DNA of 64,000 nt from an uncultured Planctomycetota bacterium (lineage in GTDB: Bacteria > Planctomycetota > Planctomycetia > Isosphaerales > Isosphaeraceae): positions 256,001-320,000 of the forward strand of contig CAWGMQ010000007.1 in the NCBI GenBank assembly GCA_963823665.1. The letters run 5' to 3'. The number at the start of each line of letters is the position of its first letter. Position 1 is the stretch's first letter. Below, piece after piece: positions 20,879 to 28,889 of this stretch. Position numbers and translations under genes: made by a program. The notes beneath the pieces were generated by a model. The model saw nothing but the letters and a program-made list of their open reading frames with translations, was not told the DNA's origin and made no database searches.

Positions 20879-22018
20879 TCAGACTTTCGCTGTCGCGAAC
20901 TTCACCACACCTTTTCCGCCGTCTGCCTCGCCGTCGAAGATCGTGAAATAGCCATTCATCAGCGGCAGGCCCAGGATCGCCAACCCCGGCTGCCCCGGCG
21001 TGATCGCGGGCGCAGCGAAACCAGCCTGCTGCGTATTTGCCTGCCAGTAATTGGACGGTGGCACGTCCAGTTTCACGTCGCCGGCATCGCCCTGCAGCAC
21101 GAACGTGATCGTGGGCCACGTGTCGAGCTGCAGATCCGACATCGAAACGAGCTGGCCCTGGTGGATCGCATCAGAAAGTAGCGTCTTCTGCGCGGCCGGG
21201 AACTTAGAGAGGATAGCCGCGAGCAACGGCGGACTCAAATTGAGGCTGTTTGTCCCGCTGTCGATGATCGAATTCGACGGCATGCCTTGCGGGCCCTGTC
21301 TGCGGGCCGCTATCGGAGAAGCGGAGCCGACGATCACGGCCTTGAGGTTCGTGTTGTACCACTGGTCCGACAGCACCTTCACGGATTGGAACGTGCCCGT
21401 ATACAGATCCGTGCTCTCTTCCCCGCCGCCAACGACCATCCAACCGTTGTTGAGCGGGTCGTTCGCGTCACCGGCGCCCACGTGGACGAACGAGCGGCGC
21501 GTGTAGAAGGAAATCCGGTCCGAAACGACGCCCGCGTCGGCGAGCTGCGTCAAGTACGGAACGAGGTCAGTTCTCGTGCCGGTGCGTACCTGCACAGAGG
21601 TGTAATGCTGCTGCGACGTGTCGTCGGGCATCTGGAACGCGTCGTCGAGCGGTGCGTAGGCCAGGCCGAGGATGCCGTCGGTTTCACCGAACATGTCCGA
21701 TGTCGCGTCGTAGGCGACCGCGACATTACCGCCTTGTAGCGTGGCGGCTGCACTGCCAGTGCCAGCGGTTATGGTCGATTTGATGACCGCGCCGGTCCAA
21801 CTGCTGCCGTCGCCGTAGGAATCCGTCTGCGCGAGCTTGGTGGACTGGTCGCCGCTGGCGAAGTCCGGCGTGTACTTCGTCCCGTCGAGGGCCAGCGCGC
21901 TGCTGCCGGTGTCGAGGAGGACGTTCATCGGCTTCTTGGCCGACCCGACAAGAATTACGCCCGTGTAATCACCCTTGGCGAAAACGTTCGTGATCGGGAC
22001 GCGAATGACGGTTGCCAT
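20879..22018 (-). CDS. Pepsin-like (A1 family) aspartic protease
   Basis: Two catalytic motifs LLDTGSS and IIDSGTN, flap SYGDGS, DGILGLAY, AILG...FD. Confidence 0.88.
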   Translation of the reverse strand: MATVIRVPITNVFAKGDYTGVILVGSAKKPMNVLLDTGSSALALDGTKYTPDFASGDQSTKLAQTDSYGDGSSWTGAVIKSTITAGTGSAAATLQGGNVAVAYDATSDMFGETDGILGLAYAPLDDAFQMPDDTSQQHYTSVQVRTGTRTDLVPYLTQLADAGVVSDRISFYTRRSFVHVGAGDANDPLNNGWMVVGGGEESTDLYTGTFQSVKVLSDQWYNTNLKAVIVGSASPIAARRQGPQGMPSNSIIDSGTNSLNLSPPLLAAILSKFPAAQKTLLSDAIHQGQLVSMSDLQLDTWPTITFVLQGDAGDVKLDVPPSNYWQANTQQAGFAAPAITPGQPGLAILGLPLMNGYFTIFDGEADGGKGVVKFATAKV

Positions 22019-22381
22019 GGCGAAATCTCCTTGGGGATTGTTGCGGTCAGCTCGCCTCGGTTGTACGGCGTGACGTATGATCCATGCATACGGTTGTTGA
22101 TCCACGTGAATATCAGGAATGAGGCGAGCAACCCGAAGGCGCGCGACCTGGCCCACTCGATTTCCTGATCGATCCATTTGTCGTCATCCTCTCGCGTTAC
22201 GCCATTCCACAACGCCTTTGCGAAGCTGAGGATCGCGAGCTGCGGAATCCCCTCAGCCAATTGCGAGCGTGCCCATGATTCAGGATCGGGAGCCCCCGCT
22301 CAGCGGAAAACTTCCGTCAGCGAACGGAGTTCGTCAGGGTTCACATCTTCGTCGCGTTGAAATGACATGTTTTGTCTCGTG

Positions 22382-22480
22382 GGCTAACGATTAAGCTCAG
22401 CGCCCCCGTGCGCGAGCGCGAGCTTGGATGATAACGCGACGCGCCGTGGCGGGCCGGCTCCGCTGAATCGCCGGTCAGGC
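22382..22480 (-). repeat. attC-like site
   Basis: GGCTAAC GATTAAGCTCAGCG ... CCGCTGAATCG...GTCAGGC on + strand. Confidence 0.6.
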
Positions 22481-22607
22481 GCGTCCTGGCGCTTCGTCCT
22501 GGGCCCCTACTCGGTGGTGCCTTGGGTGGACCCGGCGGCCTCACGGGCGGGGTTGATGGCTGTGGGACTCGTCCCGTGTCGGTCATCTCCCCTCCGATTC
22601 CTGAGCC

Positions 22608-22673
22608 ACCTAACACCCCAGATCAGCGGCCCGCCGTAGGGCGGGTCCGCCGCACAGCATCGCGTTGTTAGCC
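22608..22673 (-). repeat. attC-like site
   Basis: ACCTAAC...GATCAGCGGCCCGCC GTAG GGCGGGTCCGC...GTTAGCC. Confidence 0.72.
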
Positions 22674-22696
22674 ACTGCGCCGTCTACTTCGAGCAT

Positions 22697-22754
22697 GGCT
22701 AACGGCGAGGTTCAGCGGCTCGCGGAGAGGGTCCGCTACAATCGAATCTTAGTC
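22697..22754 (-). repeat. attC-like site
   Basis: GGCTAAC GGCGAGGTTCAGCGG...GGTCCGCTAC...CTTAGTC; contains the stop of ORF 22749. Confidence 0.7.
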
Positions 22755-23083
22755 TCGGCTCGCCCGGCTCCGGAGGATCTCACGAGAGGTCTCTTCGGAC
22801 GCCGGCACGTAACACTGTAGATCGCCGCGGAGGTCGTCAATGAATAGACGACCACAGTCTCGACACTGGTACATTAATCGGGAAGTCCGGCGGATGGTCT
22901 CCCGAGCCAGATTGCAGGCCGCCGATCGCTCGAGCCGACCGGACACGAGCGCGTCGATGACCTCTTCATCGAGGGAATCGTAGATGGCGAACCAGTCTTG
23001 GTCGGGGATCAGGTGCCCCTTGTGCGGCAAGTCGTCGGTCTGATCTACGATGCTCGCACCGCAAGGGCAACCGATCTTCACAT
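22749..23083 (-). CDS. Hypothetical Cys-motif protein (cassette)
   Basis: VKIGCPCG...QCRDCGRLFID zinc-ribbon-like motifs; start uncertain. Confidence 0.7.
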
Positions 23084-23163
23084 AAACCTCCGCACTTGCT
23101 GCCTGACGCCAGAGATCGGCGGCCCGCCGCATTGCCTCATTCGGCGGGAATCGCGACCCGCCT

Positions 23164-23679
23164 TCAGTCCTCGGTGCGACGCAACTCGATCAGGTATTCG
23201 ACACTCTTTCCGTCTTGGGCTGGGCGGGCAACGAGGGGTGCGGTTGACGTCGCGGCCGAAAAGTCTTCATATCCTTCGGCGGTGACCAGGAGGGTCGTGT
23301 CTGGTAGGTCGACCCGGCGAGTGTCACGCACCAGGGAGCGGTGACCAGCACCCTGGATCTGGCCGCCGAATCGACGGATGTGCCCCGGGGCGGACGTCTT
23401 TATATCGTAGACGAGGCCGCCCTGTACGAGCTTGACCCTGGCACCAACGACGGGCTGGCCGGTTGCTGCGTCCAGGACTTTGTAAATGACCGGGGTGCCC
23501 GCGTCCGGCCCCGACCAAGGCACCGCGGTCCATCGGTCAATAGCCGTGTAGGCCGTGAGCAAGGCGGCGATGAGGATTGGGAGGGCCATGAGAGTTCGCA
23601 GCCTGAAGTTGAGTCGGCCCAGAGCCCGCCGGCTTGGCGGTGCCCGCTCCAGCGGTGCCAATGGTCGCTCGCTATTCAT
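23164..23679 (-). CDS. Membrane-anchored protein with carboxypeptidase-regulatory-like beta domain
   Basis: FRLRTLMAL + TM; VLDAATGQPVVGARV; VTAEGY. Confidence 0.7.
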   Translation of the reverse strand: MNSERPLAPLERAPPSRRALGRLNFRLRTLMALPILIAALLTAYTAIDRWTAVPWSGPDAGTPVIYKVLDAATGQPVVGARVKLVQGGLVYDIKTSAPGHIRRFGGQIQGAGHRSLVRDTRRVDLPDTTLLVTAEGYEDFSAATSTAPLVARPAQDGKSVEYLIELRRTED

Positions 23680-23784
23680 GGTCGCTCCTGGCGGTGGCCG
23701 CGGAGATTGTCACCCGAAGGACCAGCGCGTCCACACGGCTGCCCAACGTGACGGTTCAGAGGTCCGCCGCGGGGCGGGTGCGCT

Positions 23785-23960
23785 TCATCTCGTCAGGTCC
23801 CGATACAGGTCGATGAGATGATCCTTCAGATCGTTCAGGGAGTCGCCCTGGGTCCAGTAGTCGGGGTAATCGAGCAGGTATCCGAGGAAGGCATCCCCGT
23901 TTTGCCAGTGCACGAACTTGATGGTCTGTATAGCGAGGCTCCGTAGCCGGCGCATCACGG
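23785..23960 (-). pseudogene. Truncated second copy of the HicB-like gene
   Basis: Near-identical to 18258-18440; start ATG changed to ATA; ends after LYRDLT; no hicA follows. Confidence 0.75.
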
Positions 23961-24089
23961 ATGAATTGTAGCCCGGGGCGGCGCCATCCGGCAACCGAGA
24001 GAGCCCATCGCCACCCAATCCGTCGCGTTGCTGCTCTTTCCGTCGACGTCAGGCGGCCTGCCGCCAGTCGGGACCGCTGCATCGCCATC

Positions 24090-24530
24090 TTAGACGAGCT
24101 TGTCGCGAACCTTCGCCGATTCCTCCTGCAGGGCATGTCGGGCTCCGAGGATGAAGCCCTCGTCAACCCCGCCCGAATCGCACCTCGGGCACAGCTCGAC
24201 GGTGATCCAGGAGATCTCGTCGCCACCCAGGAAGTTTGGGGCGTGCTTGATCTCAGTGATCGCCCCACTCGGGTCTCGCACTCGCCACGTTCCGGAGGAA
24301 ACCAAATCGTCGAACCTGTCGAATTCCGCCGCGTCGTGATCCTGGTCCGAAGCAGCCCGAGCGGTGAAGTCCTTGCAGAATTCGATGAACTCACGGATCC
24401 TGCGCTCAAGCGGCACGCCGGGCACGGAGAAAGCCGGGCGGAAGGTACCGAACCAGGTCCCCTGGTGCTCGAATACCTCGGTGATATCACCGACAACGAT
24501 AGGGCCGTGATCGAGTTGGAGATCCATCAA
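24090..24530 (-). CDS. Hypothetical protein (cassette)
   Basis: GGAGGTGG RBS; starts just after attC 24550-24610. Confidence 0.65.
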   Translation of the reverse strand: MMDLQLDHGPIVVGDITEVFEHQGTWFGTFRPAFSVPGVPLERRIREFIEFCKDFTARAASDQDHDAAEFDRFDDLVSSGTWRVRDPSGAITEIKHAPNFLGGDEISWITVELCPRCDSGGVDEGFILGARHALQEESAKVRDKLV

Positions 24531-24549
24531 TCCACCTCCGACGCCCGCC

Positions 24550-24610
24550 GTTTAACCACAAAGATCAACGGCCCGCCGCCGGTCGGGTCCGCTGCGTCGC
24601 CATGTTAGCC
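24550..24610 (-). repeat. attC-like site
   Basis: GTTTAAC...GATCAACGGCCCG...CGGGTCCGCTG...GTTAGCC. Confidence 0.68.
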
Positions 24611-24647
24611 CACGCCACTCCATGATTTCATCGCCTCGTTAAACGAA

Positions 24648-25490
24648 TTAGCCCCATTTCTCAACGTACTTCGCGATTACATCAGCCAGGCTGGGACGGC
24701 CGAGGGCCGCATATTCCTGAGCCATCCTCCCGAGCAAAGACCCACGAACTCCTTCGTCTGTCCAGTGATGCCAGTAGGCTTCACGAAGGTACGCCAAAGC
24801 GGTGCCATGGAAGCCCCGTCTGCTCGCTTGCTCCGCTGCAGTGACGTAGTGTTGGCAAGGCGTACGATAACGATCAGTCGAAGGAATAGCAGTGTCCTCA
24901 AACTGGTTCCTTGGGGCCAAGACTCCGATACCATCCATGGTCTGCAAATGATGCCAGCCATCTGGAATCACCGGCATAATGTCAACTCCGTTGCCGTCCG
25001 GACCGTAGCGGGCCGTGTTCTGGCCTGACTCCGGGCCGACGCCAAGGCGCTCGCTGAGCAACCTAATGCCGCGGACGGACTCCTCGTCCAACTCCGCGTA
25101 ATCCGGAGCACTCGACACGAGGTTGCTGAAGCCGTCGGTTGTATCGGCTCCGAGCAGGAAGACGCCGCGTGCGTCCATCGGACACAGCTGACCCATGGGG
25201 TAGTCCGACTGGTCCAACTCCGGTGCATGAACTGCATAACCGTAGTGCACCCCATCGACTCCCATAGTGCCCACGGGGAAGAACTCCGCCGGAGTCTGGT
25301 GGTACCTGAGCTCGGCGGCGCCGAAGCGAAAGCCGCCGAATGCATCGTCGAAGAAACAAGATATGTTTAGCTTGCTCTTAGATTCGTGCCACGCGATCAG
25401 AACTAACTCAACGAAGGCCGGAGGGACGGCAAAACCGAACGCGTCCGAGAGAGACTGCTTGGTGGGAGCGACTGTCGGATCGAACCGCAT
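24648..25490 (-). CDS. Hypothetical protein, possibly SMI1/KNR4-like immunity fold
   Basis: FGFAVPPAF, YHQTPAEFFPVGTMGVDGVHYG; GGAAGG RBS. Confidence 0.7.
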   Translation of the reverse strand: MRFDPTVAPTKQSLSDAFGFAVPPAFVELVLIAWHESKSKLNISCFFDDAFGGFRFGAAELRYHQTPAEFFPVGTMGVDGVHYGYAVHAPELDQSDYPMGQLCPMDARGVFLLGADTTDGFSNLVSSAPDYAELDEESVRGIRLLSERLGVGPESGQNTARYGPDGNGVDIMPVIPDGWHHLQTMDGIGVLAPRNQFEDTAIPSTDRYRTPCQHYVTAAEQASRRGFHGTALAYLREAYWHHWTDEGVRGSLLGRMAQEYAALGRPSLADVIAKYVEKWG

Positions 25491-25518
25491 AGCACACGGC
25501 CCTTCCATGTTAGGGGAA

Positions 25519-25866
25519 TTAGCCGTCGGCATGGTCGCCCCGATGCCGGACCTTGGGCGAACGAATCCGGTCCGGCGCGACACTCGACGGGGGCCAGAGC
25601 CGACGGGGCCTCAGCTCAAATGTGAAGAAGTAGTTGTCGAACGAGAGGTCCCGCGGGCCGGCGGCCCAGCCCCGGATACGCTTCTCGACCGCGACCCATC
25701 GGCGCCGCCGCCTCAGGATGCTCGGCTTCTCGTAGCGGTCCGATCGCCTCTTATGCCATTTGGCGTGGGAGATCGGGTGGCCGCCCTCCTCGTGGAGCAG
25801 GATGCGCAACCGTTTGAGGCCGTCGGCGAGCGATTCACCGTCTGCGATCTCGACCCTGACACCCAT
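25519..25866 (-). CDS. Ribosomal protein bS21-like protein, copy 2
   Basis: MGVRVEIADGESLADGLKRLR...YEKPSILRRRRR; near-identical to copy 1. Confidence 0.6.
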   Translation of the reverse strand: MGVRVEIADGESLADGLKRLRILLHEEGGHPISHAKWHKRRSDRYEKPSILRRRRRWVAVEKRIRGWAAGPRDLSFDNYFFTFELRPRRLWPPSSVAPDRIRSPKVRHRGDHADG

Positions 25867-26040
25867 GTCGCGCGTCTTGACGGCCGACGCGAAGCCGTGG
25901 AAACGGATGACTGAACCGCCGGCGGGATGAGCAGCGTGACTCGAAATCCTTCGAGGTCTTGATTGGCTCTCCAGCTCTGGACACAGAAGCTTACCATCCC
26001 TGCCCGGCAAGACCAAGCCGGCTTCCTCATGCGATCGCCG

Positions 26041-26098
26041 GCCCAACAGCTGATGGCTCAGCGGCGCCGCGTGTGTCCGCTGCAGCGGCGGGCTCGGC
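26041..26098 (-). repeat. attC-like site
   Basis: GCCCAAC...GCTCAGCGG...TCCGCTGCAGC. Confidence 0.55.
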
Positions 26099-26116
26099 GA
26101 CTGGCGTGAACCGGAA

Positions 26117-26521
26117 CTACTTGACGACGGCCGTTTCCCAGCCGTCGTATTCGCCCCCCAGAGACCGCGCCATCTCGTCGAAACCTGCTCCAATCGCCTC
26201 GATCGCCGCGAGATCAGGCACCATCGACTTGGTGCCGAGGCATAACCAATTCGGGCCCTGGGCCGCTCGGTCGACTCTCGCACCAAAGCCCTTCGCTCGA
26301 ATCTTATCGGCAATGTTCAGCGCTGCCTCCCGAGTGGGCAGGTATATGAAGAACTCAATGGAATGTGGCTTTGACAGGTCACTTCCAGCCTCTCTGAGTT
26401 GCGCGAGAACGAGTGCGTCGCCGCTTTTCGGCTCTGGGGATGCCCGATAACCCTTGATAGCGTAAATGACGGCGATCAGGATGAGGAAGGCAAGCAAGAA
26501 CGGCCAACGTGACCTCTGCAC
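26117..26521 (-). CDS. Membrane-anchored RraB-like domain protein
   Basis: GSDLSKPHSIEFFIY...GGEYDGWET. Confidence 0.78.
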   Translation of the reverse strand: MQRSRWPFLLAFLILIAVIYAIKGYRASPEPKSGDALVLAQLREAGSDLSKPHSIEFFIYLPTREAALNIADKIRAKGFGARVDRAAQGPNWLCLGTKSMVPDLAAIEAIGAGFDEMARSLGGEYDGWETAVVK

Positions 26522-26545
26522 GGCTCGACCTCCGGACGCTGCATT

Positions 26546-26935
26546 TCACTTCAATCGCACTAACCCACCTTTTCGACGGATCAGGTTCTTGTAGTCCCAC
26601 TGGACGTCCCGCGCCTCGGCCAACCAGTGCCCAAGCTGCTCCGTGTCAACTTGATCGACAGCAGTGTATCGAGCTTCAGCGGCTTTGAAAGTCCCTTCCT
26701 TTTTCAGTCCCTTCTCCTTGAAAGACTGGCCACTCCAGAAGAGTAAGCGGACACAGTTCTTGAGCTTGCTGTACCCAACGACAGGATTCCCCTCGAGAAA
26801 CCATACAGGATGGGCGTGCCAAATCTTGTTCTCCGCCTCGGGAAGACCGTGATCAATCTGTTCGGCAAGCAGTCTACAAATCGCTCGATCGCTCAGCGCC
26901 TGTGACTCATTGTACGCCGTCGTGTCCGAGTGCAT
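26546..26935 (-). CDS. DUF1801 domain protein
   Basis: AENKIWHAHPVWFLEGNPVVGY...RLLFWSGQSF...QWDYKNL. Confidence 0.85.
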   Translation of the reverse strand: MHSDTTAYNESQALSDRAICRLLAEQIDHGLPEAENKIWHAHPVWFLEGNPVVGYSKLKNCVRLLFWSGQSFKEKGLKKEGTFKAAEARYTAVDQVDTEQLGHWLAEARDVQWDYKNLIRRKGGLVRLK

Positions 26936-27149
26936 GCGATCTCCTCATGCTCGAGTAGGGAGCAGGTTCTCCGCGTGGACGCTCGCCATTTGTTGCGGTG
27001 CGCGGGGCAACTGCATGGCGTTGTTCAAGTATGCCGCTTGCGCGGCAAACCAATCAGTCTCCGCTCGCGTGAGGTGAGAACGCGCGATCGACCGAATTCT
27101 CGTCGATTCAGAGCGCCCTAGCAATGCCCGCGAGAAAAGGGCCGAGAAA

Positions 27150-27255
27150 CAGTCCGCGCTTGGGAACAAGGATCCCGCCCTCCCAGCGCGATCGCTCCGC
27201 GGTTCATGGGGGAGATAGAAGCGGACCCAGTGTATTGGCGGAAGCGAGTTGGGAA
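27150..27255 (+). repeat. Direct repeat of the 3' end of the HTH antitoxin gene at 33021-33125
   Basis: CTTGGGAACAAGGATCCCGCCCTCCCAGCGCGATCGCTC...GTGTATTGGCGGAAGCGAGTTG occurs at both sites. Confidence 0.85.
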
Positions 27256-27378
27256 GCGCACTCTCCCTCGAGAGTCTCTGAAGGGCGTTGCCTAAGAGGC
27301 GAAAGTTTGACTCGAAGCTCGCCATCATTCAAGCGTCTCTCGCCGCATGACCGCGAAAACGATCGGCTCCGGTCTCGC

Positions 27379-27801
27379 TCACATCCGCTCCCTGCCACCA
27401 GCCATCGCTGCCAGTGTGTCATTGAGCCGCTTCAGCGCGCCGAGGTACCGCTTCGCCGCTTCGTCCTTACTGATCCCCAGCACCCGGGCAGTCTCGGCGC
27501 GGCCGAGCTTTCCGAAGTGTCTCAAGTGCAGGACCTCTCGGTCGATCGGGTCAAGGCTCAAGAGCGCCTGTTGCACATCCCGCGATCCCTCGTCCGTCAA
27601 GACCAGCGGGCTTTTCAAGAAGCTGTCATCGCGCGCTCCCATCTCAAACGACGAGTCATAAGCCAGCAAGCTTTCAACTTCGGCGCGGAGAGCGGGTTCG
27701 CCGCCACACGCTGCGTCCAGAAAGGCGGCGCGTTCTTCTTCGGGCAGCTCGGCCGCTTCTGCGAACAAGGTTTTCACGCGAAGGCTATCTCGCTCAGTCA
27801 T
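27379..27801 (-). pseudogene. Chimera: Ser/Thr kinase N-terminal leader joined to a sigma-70 region 4
   Basis: LFAEAAELPEEERAAFLDAACGGEPALRAEVESLL, then LDPIDREVLHLRHF...ETARVLGISKDEAAKRY; no kinase domain. Confidence 0.6.
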
Positions 27802-27847
27802 GAATCTGCTACCCGCTCGAGAAATGAAGCGTCCGTTCCATCGTCTC

Positions 27848-28398
27848 TCAAGGCAAGCTTTCGCCCAGCCGCCGCGCCAGCCACGCCCGGGCAAACCGCC
27901 ATTCGCGCTTCAATGTACTTTCCGACTCGCCAACCACATGTGCCGTTTCCTCGATGCTCAACCCCGTGTAATAACGAAGCTCGACGATCTCCGCTACCCG
28001 CGCGTGCTCCGCGTGAAGCTGCTGGATCGCCTCATCCAGCGCGAGCAGATCGCTGGAGGGTGCTTCGACCCAGACCAGACCTTCGGCCAGCTCAATGCGA
28101 TGAGACTTCCCCCCGCGCTTCAAACTGGCCCTGCTCCGTGCATGTTCGATCACGATTTCACGCATTGCCTGCGCCGCGGCGCCGAAGAAATGGCGCCGAT
28201 TGTCCCAGCCAGGATCCTCGCCCCGGACCAGCCGTAGATACGCCTCGTGGACCAGCGTCGTCGCCCCGAGTGCCTGCCCGGCGCCACCCCAGTCGTGAGC
28301 GCTCGGGCCAGCCGCCGCAACTCCGCGTAAAGAACCGGCAACAATTCCGCCGCCGAGTGCTTTGCTGCGGCTGGTATTTCATCCTCTCGCTGCGTCAT
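27848..28398 (-). CDS. ECF sigma factor (TIGR02999-like); frameshift near 28270
   Basis: AELLPVLYAELRRLA; AMREIVIEHAR; VELRYYTGLSIEETA...REWRFARAWL. Confidence 0.82.
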
Positions 28399-28889
28399 GA
28401 ACGAAAAATCTTCACCATGATTGGCACTCGGCCCGCGCGGTTTTCAAATCACCGCAATCAGAATATCTATCGTGCTTGCATTGTATCATGTCGTCAAGCC
28501 ATCTTAAACTGTGCAAACTGCCCAATTTAATGAGAATACGTCAAAAATCGCGTCCGAACAAGATGGTCGGGTAAATCGCTCGCTCTTTCTCGGGGCGCGG
28601 CGCTCTCCCCCGCGGCTGACCGGACATGGCGAGGAGGTTCAAAAAAACTTTCGCGTTTTTTTTGGCCCTCGGTCGGCGCATTTTTCAGATGAATATATAG
28701 CCGGCCGAACAATCGCGGCTCATGGGCGAAAGATTCGCTCGCTCGAGCGACCTTGCGGGGGCTCTGGCCCTCCGGAAATGTTGTGCGCGCGAGATGCCCT
28801 GACCGGGCGCTCGACCGGCCACCTCCTGCGGAAACCTCGATGAAACGCAACTGGCCCCGCGCGGGGCCCCTCAACAGGAAGATGACACC

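Noticed and set aside
14404..26098. attC-like repeats read as a CRISPR array or terminators
   Set aside because: Spacing is gene-sized and variable, and there are no poly-U tails.
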